Shown here: positions 1 through 11,850 of the stretch, piece by piece
Layout of the letters: every line of letters begins with the position of its first letter
How positions within the stretch are numbered: position 1 is the stretch's first letter
NCBI GenBank assembly: GCA_012295275.1
Contig: CM022668.1
Location: 6,882,001-6,946,000, forward strand
Direction of reading: 5' to 3'
DNA: 64,000 bases
Source: Chrysomallon squamiferum
Taxonomy: Eukaryota > Animalia > Mollusca
The notes under the pieces: generated by a model
Database searches by the model: none
What the model saw: only the letters and a program-made list of their open reading frames with translations
Told to the model about the DNA's origin: nothing
Program-made: the position numbers and the translations under genes

Positions 1-125
1 ACTGCGCGGTTGTGAGCCTCGCGGGCTAGGATGTGCAGGGCACCCACAGTCCCCTCCACAATCTCCTCCATCCTCACCCCATCCACGTAGCTGGACCCTC
101 CATTCTGGGAGTTGATAGATGCACG
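1..125 (-). CDS. CTNNB1: beta-catenin coding exon 10 (cut by window edge)
   Basis: Translates [41 protein letters not shown], the armadillo-repeat region. Acceptor ttttctgcag with AG at 127-126, phase 0. Confidence 0.95.
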
Positions 126-623
126 CTGCAGAAAAAAGAAAAATTATTTATTTATTTTATCTTCATTTTTCTTTTCCCTTCCCCTCTCAACTCAGTACTG
201 GTTTCAAGTACCACCAACAATTATTTCATAAATTTTAAAACCAAATATTCATAGAACAAAACAACCAAGTATTTCTGTAACTTGTTTCTTCAAATTACAA
301 ATGTTATTTATCTAAGGAAATGAAGTTTATTTTTGTAACAGAATTTTACAACATTTTTGAAGTTATGCACTTCTAAATTTTCTAGGGATTTGAAGAATTT
401 GATTAATGTTAAGCATTGAAATTACTAACATCTTTAAATAGTCTTTCTCTAGTATCAAACTTTATTCATCATTATGTTTCATTATTTTTTCCCCTTTTAT
501 TTCATGCTTCAAACTTTTTCAGTGTCATCTATTTTTCATTATCAATCAATATTCCTTTCCCCTCCCATCCCATGAATTGTTTTTGATTGCTAAGCCTGTC
601 TTTAATAACAAGGCAGTACATAC

Positions 624-1085
624 CCGCTGAGTATCTTGATGTGCTCTTATCAGCAGTTGTACGATTCTGGGTAGGGCTCCATGCTCTCTGAGAGGGGCGT
701 GGTTGGCAGGGCAGAGGGCGAGGTTGCGAATGAGCCCCACGACGGCTTTGATGAGGGGCCAGCGACTGGGTGGGTGCAGCAGCTTGACTAGAACGGGAAG
801 GCCGTAGTGAAGTCGCACGGCATTCTGGGCCGTCTCCGATTCGGCATGGCGAGCAGTCAAGTGGCGCAGGGCACACACAGCAGGCTCGGTGATCTCCTCC
901 CTGTCCCCGGCCTGCATGATCGTGCGCACCAGAGCCTCGATCCCACCCACCTGACACACCGTCACTTTGTTACGCTGGTTGTTGCACGTCAGGTTGGAGA
1001 GGATGCCTGCAGCGCAGGTCACGATGTTGATGTCGTTGGATGTCAGAAGCTGCACTAGCATCTGCAGAAGACCCTCTACTGCTTC
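624..1085 (-). CDS. CTNNB1: beta-catenin coding exon 9
   Basis: [14 protein letters not shown]...[13 protein letters not shown]...[15 protein letters not shown]...AHQDTQR. 462 nt, tcacag acceptor, GTATGT donor. Confidence 0.97.
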
Positions 1086-1509
1086 CTGTGACAGAGAGAA
1101 ATTTAAAAATTAAACATTAGTAAATTAAGCTAGATACTGATAATCCATCATGAAAAAAAACACGGAAAATTATAATGATGCAAATTACAGCAAAATTCCA
1201 ATAATAAATTTGATTTAAATACATTTTTACTATAAACAATAATAGTTTAAAACACACAACTATCACAGTATATAAAATTTAAAATGTTTATGATTTACAT
1301 TAATTTCACTATTAGGTACTAATAGATTTTATAAAAAGTTTCATGCTACTGTTATTATGGTCATTATTATTTTTTGTCCTTGCCATTTTGAAGAAATTTA
1401 CATTGTAATTTGCATCTCTAACAATATTTTGTTAATATAATCATGTTCTTGTTCAAACATTTAGCTAAAATGCAAAACCTTTTTTTCTATCATAAGCACC
1501 AAATCAGAA

Positions 1510-1783
1510 CGGTTTCATAATGTTTTACTCTGCTGAATACTGAATTAGATTGCTATGCAGATACTTGCACAACTGATGGCATCTATGACAACTGAAGTAC
1601 TTCAAATGTCATAACTGTCAAATCAAGTTGTTTCCTAAGGTTTCATTTTTGTTGAAAACTGAATTAGATTTCTATGCAGATGCTTAAACGTTCGGTGGAA
1701 GATAATGACAACTCAAGTATTTCTGGTATCATAAACGTCAAAGCAAGATGTTTGTAATATTGAATTTCTGTAGAGATACTTAC
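1510..1783. repeat. degenerate ~120-bp tandem repeat including copies of the exon-8 donor boundary
   Basis: agatacttgcacaactgatggc and agatgcttaaacgttcggtgg echo the real agatacttacacatttggtgg. Confidence 0.7.
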
Positions 1784-1887
1784 ACATTTGGTGGCTGCAT
1801 CTGACAAGTTTCTCAGAGTCCACAGACAGTTCTGAACCAAACGCTGACTCTGGTGTCCCAGGTGCATTGCAAGACTAGCCATGCCAC
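1784..1887 (-). CDS. CTNNB1: beta-catenin coding exon 8
   Basis: [35 protein letters not shown]. 104 nt, phase 1 to 0, AG acceptor, GTAAGT donor. Confidence 0.96.
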
Positions 1888-2019
1888 CTGATTAAAAAAA
1901 AAAAATTATATTTATTTTAACTGAAATATAAAATCTGGTTTATTTATCACAAATTAACTTGGAGTTTTAGCACTACATGGCATTAAATATTGATTTCTAT
2001 TGCACATACATGCTTGTAC

Positions 2020-2428
2020 AACTGAGTACCAATATTTGTTTGGTACAATACATATTGCTTCAGGTTACATACAGATTGTTATTACATATAGCTGCCTCTA
2101 TAACGGCAGGTTCATTACTTCAGCTAAACAAATGAATACCAATATTTACTACCAATATGAAATGAGGTTGCCTACAGATTTCTCTTAGACATTTAAATAA
2201 GAACTGAACACCAGAATTTGTTTGGTACAATACATATTACTACTGGTTAGATACAGATTTTTATTACATATACCTGCCTCTATAATGGCAAGTTTGATAC
2301 TTCAATTAAACAAGTTAATACTAATATTTACTACCAGTATGTAATGAGGCAACCTAAATTTCTGTTGCACATTTAAGTAACTAACACCAATATTTACACT
2401 GTGACATACAGATTTTTACTACACGTAC
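2020..2428. repeat. degenerate ~160-180-bp tandem repeat including copies of the exon-7 donor boundary
   Basis: The motif atacagatt..tattacata(t)a(c/g)ctgcctctata occurs near 2070 and 2250 and matches the real boundary at 2407-2445. Confidence 0.75.
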
Positions 2429-2573
2429 CTGCTTCTACAATGGCTGGCTTATTGCTGGAGCAGACAGACAGAACCTTGATGACTCGAGATGTTGTCCACA
2501 GCAGTTTCTCATACGTGTAAGACTTCATGATTCTCACAAGTTCACCTGGTCCCCCACTGGCCAAAATGATCAG
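2429..2573 (-). CDS. CTNNB1: beta-catenin coding exon 7
   Basis: Translated by hand (not in ORF track): [48 protein letters not shown]. 145 nt, tttacag acceptor, GTACGT donor. Confidence 0.96.
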
Positions 2574-3279
2574 CTGTAAACAGAAGTTTTTAATTGACGT
2601 TAAAATATTTTCACAAAGGTTTAATGTTCTCCATTGGCCAAAATGATCAGCTGTAACAGAATTTTAAAACAAGTGTTAAAATGTTGAAGTCATTAAAATA
2701 TTTTCAGAATGGTTTAATGTAAATGTATTAAGATTTAATTTACTAATGTCTCGGAATGATTTAAATGTTGAAATAATCCTATACCAACATGAAAAAAAAA
2801 AGCTTTCTTTTGACTGAAAAAAAAAGAAGAAAATAGATGCCTCAGAAATTGAAGTAAAAGGCAATAATTCACCAGTCAAAGTGTGATTTTGTTGCAATAA
2901 TATTACTCAACATTCAAGAGTTTTCTAGAAACAATGATATTACAAAAATAGAATGTCCAAATATTTCACCAAGTCAGAAAGAATCTCTGAGAATTATAAT
3001 AAATAACATATTGCTAGTTTTTAATGTTGACATAACGCTATGCATAAAAATCAAACATGTTTTTGGACTCAAACAGAGGTATTTATAAAAATATTTCAAT
3101 TACAGAGTCATTAAAAATTGTTTTAACTTTTCAGAGAATACATGGTGTTTCCACTGCTGTAAAACTGTCTGACATATAAAAAAAAATTAATACAAAAAAT
3201 TAGATGTCTTTGCTTACAACAAGACATGCCAGTAAAAACTATGAATTCAAACAACTTATGTGATAGTATAAAATGCCAC

Positions 3280-3778
3280 TAGTTACTAAAATCATACTAA
3301 TAATTATTTGAATTTAAATTAACAGTTTACTATAACATGTAATAAACAAATTATAGGTCTTTGGCTAGAATAAGAAGCATCCCAAAATAATGCATTATGA
3401 ATCAAAATGATGGTCATCTAACATTATAAAAATCAATAGTTACAAAAATATCCCTGTAGTAATTATCTATGAATTTAAATTAATGATTTATTGTAACATT
3501 TAATAAACAAGTTGCTGTTTTAATTATGAATACAAATAATAATGGTCATCTAACATTGAAAAATACAACTTTTTACTAAAATCCCACACAATAATTATCA
3601 ATGAATTTAAATTAATAATTTACTGTAAAATTTAATGTGTTGTGGTTTTTCAAAATAGTTAATTCAAATAAGAGTCGTCTAACACTGTAAAATACTACTA
3701 TTTACTAAAATCCCACACTGTAATAATTATCTGTGAATTTAAATTAATAATTTAAAGTAATATTTAATGAACACATAC
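3280..3778. repeat. four degenerate 130-160-bp tandem units abutting the exon-6 donor
   Basis: Core tactaaaatccca..taattat..gaatttaaattaa at about 3285, 3441, 3574 and 3703. Confidence 0.75.
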
Positions 3779-3983
3779 CTTGCTTTCTTGGTTGCCATAT
3801 GCTAGAATCTGCAGACAGTCTGTTGTTATTGCCAGGAATTTGACGTTGTTGTTTCTCTGCAGCAGTGCAACCATCTTCTGCAATCCACCTGCCAATCGTA
3901 CAGCCATCTTGGATCCTTCTTGGTGCAGTAGTAAGTTGTGCAGCGTGGTTATTGCATAAAAGAGGACGGATTCCACTGGAGAA
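3779..3983 (-). CDS. CTNNB1: beta-catenin coding exon 6
   Basis: [68 protein letters not shown]. 205 nt, phase 2 to 0. Confidence 0.96.
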
Positions 3984-4314
3984 CTGCAGAAATAAGTAAA
4001 TATATACTTGTAACAGATCAAAAAATATAAACGTAGCAGTAAATTGTTCAGCATAGTTACTGCATAAAAGAGGATGGACTTACTCTGGAGAATTGCAACA
4101 TTAAGACAATGTATTTTATAATAAACAAGAGCCTTCTTTTGTTTAAAATAGAGCTGCAACTAAGTCAGGAAACGTTTTTGAAAAATTGTTGCATGATTGT
4201 AACAAACTACATTTTAGTCTATGTATTGTGATAGACCCCAAAAATACGAAAATAGAACATAAGTAGGGGAAAAAAGGGTTTTAATGATCAAAATTAGGCG
4301 AGCAGTTTACCTAC

Positions 4315-4619
4315 CTTAACAGTTTGACCAGTGCTGGAATTCCCCCAGATTTAAAAATAGCCAGGAGCCCCTGTCTGTGGTGGGACAAGTTGTGCAGAGT
4401 TCCTGCAGCACATCGCGTCGTCTCCAGGTCATCGGTGTTGTTCATCGCCCGCACCAACGCTGCCACCATCTGTGGCGAGTTCATGATGGCGTGACGACTG
4501 GCCTCTTTCTTGGACAGCTGGTGAACCATCATGGCTGCCTGACTAACGACCACCTGGTCCTCGTCATTCAACAGTTTGATCAGTTCTGGGATGGCTCGCG
4601 TGGCAAGGTCTGCATCGTC
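4315..4619 (-). CDS. CTNNB1: beta-catenin coding exon 5
   Basis: [25 protein letters not shown]...[10 protein letters not shown]. 305 nt, ctgcag acceptor, GTAGGT donor. Confidence 0.97.
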
Positions 4620-5372
4620 CTGCAGCAAAGACAAAAACTGGTTCAACTTTCTGAAGTTTTCATTCAGTCAAATTATTTATCCTCAGTCCTGGCGTCTACT
4701 TAATTTAAAATATACCAGTAGACTGCTGAATAAAGGTTCGAATGAAATTATTTACACTGCCAAGTTATTACTTTACTGTTCTGGGCTGCGGCAATAAAAT
4801 TACACTGTTTTGAAACTCTCCTGATCTTTCCTATCTTAAAATCTGAAGACATGATATATTTTTATATATAAATCTATATATCTATCTATCTATCTATATA
4901 TTATATATACTTAATCTGTATCTATACGTACACATATGCATGCACACAAACACACACAAACACTGGTTTATTGATAATGATTTTTTCAGACTACAGTAGA
5001 AGTGTGTGTACATGTATTTGAATATGTTTATTAATGTGTGCATGTGTGTTTTTCTCGTATGTATTTCTCTATGCGTGTACGTACAAGTTATTTATATATG
5101 TATCTATATATCTATCTGTCCATCACCAGAAGAAAATGTCAGAGCTGATCAATTTGACTTGTATGTGATGCAATGAGTACAGGAAAACTGCAGCTCCCAG
5201 ATATACTTTTTTGCTGTTATGTTCTGATATTATTATTATTATTATTATTATTATTTAAATTGGAAGCATGTTTCATCAAAGGTTCAGTTTAAGGGGTAAC
5301 TACCTTTGGGTTCATCAAAAAAACAAAAAAAACAAAATGACAACAGAACTGCTGAAGATGATTAACACACAC

Positions 5373-5560
5373 CTGATAGTTGATGAGGTTGACAACGGCA
5401 TGCTTTAACATCTGCGATGGTTCACTCAGCCGCTGCACAGCGGTGGGCTGATCTGGGTGTAGGTTGGTCTGGGGGATCTGCACCCCCTCGGGCAAAGACT
5501 CAGGAAACATGGCTGCCCTGACTCGTTGAGAACGAGTATGGCTCAACTGGGCGCTGATGT
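5373..5560 (-). CDS. CTNNB1: beta-catenin coding exon 4
   Basis: [21 protein letters not shown]...[21 protein letters not shown] (alpha-catenin-binding region). 188 nt, phase 1 to 0. Confidence 0.96.
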
Positions 5561-5842
5561 CTGATAAAAGAAATAAACAAAAATTACAATTATAATAAAT
5601 CCACAGTTTGCAAACATTTAATTCTATCTGAAACAAACAAAAGTCTACTTCTTTATTTGGTCATATTTAAGTAAAAAAATTCAAAAACTTTTATTTTATT
5701 TTAATAAAGCTAAAACCACATATTTTTATGAATACATAATCATTTAACTGATAATCCAGATAGCATTCTGTTTTACTTTTTTTTTTTTTTATTATTTTAC
5801 ATAATGAACTTTGAACCCTGTTATTTAGAAAAGACTGATTAC

Positions 5843-5972
5843 CATCAACTTGTTCTTGTGTGTATCCCTCCCCGAATCCTCCTGGGCCCCAGTCGAACAT
5901 CAGCTTGGATGGATCCATGCTTTCATCTTCCAGTTCCTCTGCAAATCCACCTTTGCTGCTCATTGATGGTGC
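5843..5972 (-). CDS. CTNNB1: beta-catenin coding exon 3
   Basis: APSMSSKGGFAEELEDESMDPSKLMFDWGPGGFGEGYTQEQVD. 130 nt; carries the S45-equivalent priming site. Confidence 0.93.
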
Positions 5973-6429
5973 CTAAGTAGCACAAAATAAAATGATAATT
6001 TATGAAATAATGATTCAACTGTATTAAAATATAAAATAATTTTTATAAAATGTACACATCAATATGTCAACATATTTATATCAAGAAAAAAAATGTATAC
6101 ATGTTGTTTCATCTATGTTTAAGGAATTAACAGAAACAAAATATATTTGAATATCTAGCAATATGTATTATATAAAATAAAATAAATATTTATCACTGCA
6201 CCATTTTGTTTCAACTCATCTTCATAATATAGATTAAAATATATTTTTTTAAATTACATTGTTCTGAATGTATAGCATTTGAAAATAAAAAATGGTTTAA
6301 TTTTCAAATATCAATAATTGTAAATATATCCGTACTTCAGTTTTTACTATAAATATCAGTTAAATGATAGACTTGAATATGCAGAGTAAGGTTTAGAAAA
6401 CACCCAGGAATGTCAGTGTGGGTTCTTAC

Positions 6430-6554
6430 CCGTGTAGTAGCACCAGAGTGGATGCCAGAGTCAGTCATGTACTGACTCTGCTGCCACATCATCGTCTGTT
6501 GCTGTTTTGATTCCATCGGCATGTCACCAAGATCCATGCCACTGTTAGGATTCA
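6430..6554 (-). CDS. CTNNB1: beta-catenin coding exon 2 (phosphodegron)
   Basis: NPNSGMDLGDMPMESKQQQTMMWQQSQYMTDSGIHSGATTR, containing the DSGIHS beta-TrCP degron. ctttcag acceptor, GTAAGA donor. Confidence 0.95.
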
Positions 6555-8229
6555 CTGAAAGAGAAAATACATTAGCATATTATCAACTGTCTATAAAATC
6601 TTTTTATTAACACACATTAAATTCTTCATATTCAGGAGGCAGGCATCTCTGTAAATTGTGCATTCAGACTGACATTTTGATTCCCTTTATTACTTACTCC
6701 TTTTTAGCAGAAAGGTTCAAAAAAAAAAAAAAATTAATTTAAAAAAATAAAAATTGTAATATAAAGAAAATGTGCCCTCAAGCTTTATTATTCATCGCCA
6801 TATGTAATTTTTTAGCAAAGTTTAATGTCGACAACAATCATTTGGATAAATTTATCAGAACAGTTTCAATATTGATTAATATTTCATTTAGCAGTTTATG
6901 CAAAGACAATTTCAATGGAGTAATCGTTTGTAATGAAATGTGTAACATTTACAGTATCAGCCAAATTTTTCATTAGTCTAAAATCCAGTGAATGCATCAT
7001 CTTAAACACAGGATTTTATATATACATTTATTTTTCAAGTCCTGATGACTTGTCGTACATACCAGGAATACTTTTTTCATCAAACAAGTAAATTTATTAA
7101 AACTAATTAACCTATAAATTAGATTTAGTACAATCTCAAAATTCATGGACATGTAATGCTGTATTATATTAACTAATAAAATACGTCAAGCAATGAGTAC
7201 ACACAGAAAAATGTGATTTGTGAAAAATAATTAACTTGTTGCTACAGGGCGTATTTGCAAGTGTCAGTTGAAAAGTGATATATGTTGTAAAAACAATTTA
7301 ATGCTGTGTACATGCGTACATGCAGTTATGGATATGCATATTAGAAGGAAGATGTAATAATATCTTGCATTAGATCACATGAACATAAGATTCCATACAG
7401 AAACCATTAATAAAAATTGTCACATAAGTAACATACCCACAGCTACTATTCATTCGCTGGTTAGATTACTAACATTAACAATTATCCATTACATCACCTA
7501 GTTCAAAAGATTATTTAATACTAAATAGAAATTTATATCTACAGTAACATGTGTATAAATAAATAAGAAAAAACTTTTTAGTTTGTTTGTACCACACCTA
7601 AATACACACTGTAATACAATACTGTAATCTTTCTCCAGGATGCAGTGATTATTTTGCCACATACAGGAGAATATTTAGTCCTGAACAACTCAAGTCACTA
7701 AAAATTAATACTGTAACAAAAATAAGGATGGAAAATTGTCATTTTAGAATTGTCTGAAAAATCTGCATAGCAGTTTCTACGTCTTGTACAGCAATTTGCA
7801 ACATGTGGCACTTGTATATGGAAACCGTTTTTGAAAAGTCAGCCATAAAAAATGCTTTTAACTGAAATGGCAAAATTAAAATTTTAATTTTTTAAATTTG
7901 TTAAAAAAAAAAAAAAATAATTTTTAAAAAAAAAAACACTTGCCATTTACTAACAAAATAAATATGCCAAAATACAAACATCAAAGTGACACATTAAGCA
8001 CAAATATACACACACACATGCCAGTTGGAGAACTTGCATAAACATGTAAACAGAATTCCTCAGCTGTGTGTATTAGGTCAACTCGAAACACTCCCCAACA
8101 CAATGACCACACAAGTATGTCTAACAAAGTATTTGATTAAGAGGCCAATACTTGCCCAGCAATAAAAATTGTTTTAGTGCTCTGCTTTAGTTTTGTAAGT
8201 TTTATATCCAGAGAAAAAGAAAGAGAGAC

Positions 8230-8273
<44 letters not shown>

Positions 8274-10181
8274 TTATATACAAATAGGTAGATTTAATTC
8301 TGTTTGAGAGAACAAGAAAAACAAAATAATGGAGAGATTGTAAATTATTAAAACAAATTCCACTTCATTAAATAAAATGGTAAGTGTTTTGTTCTCTTCA
8401 GTTAAGTGTAAAATCTAATTGTATTTATCTAACGAATGTAAACTGAAAAGTAGCTGCCATAAAGCTTCGCTATAAAACTTCTTAAAAAATAATCTGTATG
8501 GATTTCAGAATAATTTTCCTTCTCACTGCTCAACATTTCGAATGTTTTAAACAATGTAAGAAGCTTAAATTTTTTCGTTACAAAATTTAATTAGTTTGAA
8601 AGTACTGAACCTTCATAAACACCATTCCAGTTCTTAATCTGGATCAATGTAAAAACATTTTTAAAAGATGTTAAAAAAAAAAATTAAAAAAATTCTTACC
8701 TTTCTATAATCATTTTGGAATTTAACCAAGTTTATAGTAGTCTCAGATCCACTTTAAAATATATCAACGTATTGTTTCCTGAACTATATGTAATGAATGA
8801 ATGAGTAATGTTTTTTTTTAAAAAACACTTTATCCCAAAAATATAACAAACATTAAGTGTCTGGGATGTACAAGCAACTGAGGCAGTATCAACATCAATC
8901 TAGTTCCAGTCCAGTTTTTCTCAACAGACAATGTACCAGTTATCAACAGGTTCAACAACTCAATCCAGTTTTTCTTTAATAATGAATTGACAACAAGATC
9001 ATCGAAACTGTATAATCCCAGTATCACCAAACACTTTACAGGTACTTCAACTAAGAGGAGTGCAAACAATTCGAATACATCCACCAAAAGTAAACTCAAT
9101 ACACTGGTACGAGCAGAACACACTCGAGACCTTATCTGACTTGCTGTATCAGATAAAGATCAACCTGTACATGTCTGTGATTAAATTACAAAAACGTTGT
9201 GAAATCGAGCACCACGTCAGTTGACAACTTAACACTGTGCATGTTGCGTTATCATTCATTACACCAGCAAACAGATAAAAGTTTCATTATTCTTTTCTTT
9301 CTCATTATTTAATTTATTATTATTTCAAGTGACAGTCGGCATGTTTTAAAGGTGTAAATTACACAAATAATACAAGCTAGGTCAGGTGTTGAAAATTAAC
9401 ACCAATGTTTTATCCAGAGTCTTGCCAACCCAGTGAGTTTTAATTCTTCCTCAGTTGTATTTCAGCTAGACTTGACAAATTAATAAACTGCTGATTTGTC
9501 ATACCTTTTTTAATTTAATTACTCATATTATGAATATATATATAAATTTTTTTTAAATCGCAGTTTACCTTATTAAAATGTTAAATGCAATATTGTATTT
9601 AGACTAAATACAAATGTTTACAGATTTTCACCACTACTTATGTAATATTAACATGTTCACTTACATTAAAAGAAATATGACAACCACACATTTTACTAAT
9701 GACAACCATCTTGCATATATATATGCACAGCAATATGAATCGAACGATAGTGGCTGTACAAAACCGTAGCAGCCCAGAATGGGTTAATGCAGTAATTAGT
9801 GTCAAGCCAGATAGCACAAGATGCCAAATGTTTGACATGCATAACTGTGTCAAGTGGCATTTGTAATTAATGGAATTTGTGTCAAACCTTTTTCTAGCTT
9901 CTTTAAACATCTAGTAAAGTACATACAGGTTGTTTTAACTTAATTTTGAACCAATTAAACAAGGACAGCATGTAGTTTATGTAATCAGCATCAAGATCTG
10001 CAATAACATTATGCCTTTTATATTTCATCAGCACAGAACTGTGTAGTGTTTAATGAAGTTGTAAACACTCTTACACAAGTACACTTTTTAAGCAACAGTC
10101 TTTAATGGATAAAATTAAGAGTATCCAATTTCAAACAGTGAAATGTGTCAAAATAAATTTCTAAAATAAAACAGTACTTAC

Positions 10182-10227
10182 TGGCTCTGGCAGGTCCGGC
10201 AGAATTATTTAACTGATAGCTACTCAT
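10182..10227 (-). CDS. CTNNB1: beta-catenin first coding exon (whole exon 10182-10254)
   Basis: ATG at 10227 gives MSSYQLNNSAGPARA plus one A. GTAAGT donor in phase 1 joins the TG starting exon 6554 in frame. Acceptor tttttcag at 10256-10255. Confidence 0.8.
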
Positions 10228-11389
10228 GACGCAGACATTAAGCAAAAGTCAAATCTGAAAAATAAAAAGTGAAAAAAAAAATTAGCTTTTATAAAATGTT
10301 AAAAATTACAGTGCTCTTTAACATTTTCAAATTTGTTAAGTTCATGTAAACATGCAGTCTGACTAATAAACGTAATTTCTATACGAGACTAAATTTAGAT
10401 GTATTGTTACGTGTGTATGTTTTTAAGTATGACAAATTGTTTTATAGGCATGACATGAAATTGTCAGATCATTCAGTAAATGTTTAACCAGGGGTTATAT
10501 CAAAAGGTTTACATATAATACAAACACCTTAACATTTTGCAATCAAAGCTGGGCTGTTTTGGGAGGGGGGGTTTAAATGAAATAAAATTTAAAACAAAAC
10601 ACACACACAAAAAAAAAACATTTAATGATTGTTTGATTTTTTTTGAATTTTTATACAACAACATTACATCATACTGAAAGATTTTTATAGCAATAATTAA
10701 TATTACATTATCATTTTATTGTTATAGTAGAATAATTACATCCCTCAATAATAATAATACAATGGTTATTTATTAATATAAAATTTTAAATCAAACCAAA
10801 ACAAAGGCAAATAGCAAACAGATGATCTTAAAATCTGTAATTCTATTGACTACATACTTAACAAAGCAAAATTCAAAGTAAAACATCCAACATGCTATAG
10901 TCACTTTTAATGACTAAATTACATGTACAACGTATCTATATAAAATATACTCTGACACATGACACTGATAAAACATTCATACATAATCTCATTATTTCAA
11001 TGTTCAAAACAGAGGTGCCTTCTTTGTTATTTCACATACATGGGAGAAAAATCATGCCAACACTTATCATTAGCAGCTAATCAGAAGCCAGCTTCTGAAG
11101 CAATCGACCAATCAGATGAAGTGTTGTTGATGGGGCACAATAATGAGTTCGGTGGAGCGTGAAGGCTGCCATTAGTGTCAAGCGAAAGGTACAGAGGCTT
11201 GGTATTATGGCAGGTCTATTTATAGACAAACAGCTCAATGAACCAACAGCATGTCAGATGTCAAAACAGACCAGCAAAAACTGTTTTCTCAACTAGAAGC
11301 ATTTATGTGGGCTCTGACACTGCTGATAAGATAACTGACCTTTAAGTGAGTGTGTATCTGTGATATTTGAAAGTGTGTGCTATGTGTAT

Positions 11390-11850
11390 GTATGTGTTAA
11401 TATATATATATATATATGGATATATTGTGTACTTAATGTGCACAAGTGTTGTATTTGCCAGCATCTATCTAAATAAAAACAAGATAATATTATTAAAACA
11501 CACCCCAGTAATTATGTGAAGTAATAAAAATAAAATGTATAATACTTTTTGTATTATTCATTTTTTTATTTATGTTATTTTTATTTCTTAAAAGTAAGCA
11601 GAAGAAATAGATTAATATATGGATATATTGTTTACTTAATGTGCACAAGAGCCAGGTATTGCCAGCATCTATCCAAATAATCTGTGTGTTAATATATAGA
11701 TGGATGTATTGTGTACTTAATGAGCTCAAATGTCATGTTTGCCACCATCAAACCAGATGAGAACAAGATAATGTTATTACTGAAACACACACCAGTAATT
11801 ATATTAAGTAATAAAATTAAAATATTTAATAACATTTTTTATAATTTAAT
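11390..11850. repeat. intronic degenerate tandem duplication
   Basis: atggatatattgtgtacttaatgtgcacaa..tgccagcatcta recurs at about 11416, 11619 and 11700. Confidence 0.7.

Noticed and set aside
529-1058. ORFs 529-957 (-) and 807-1058 (+), also 33-254, 4377-4703 and 4576-4797
   Set aside because: Alternative-frame or antisense shadows of GC-richer beta-catenin exons.
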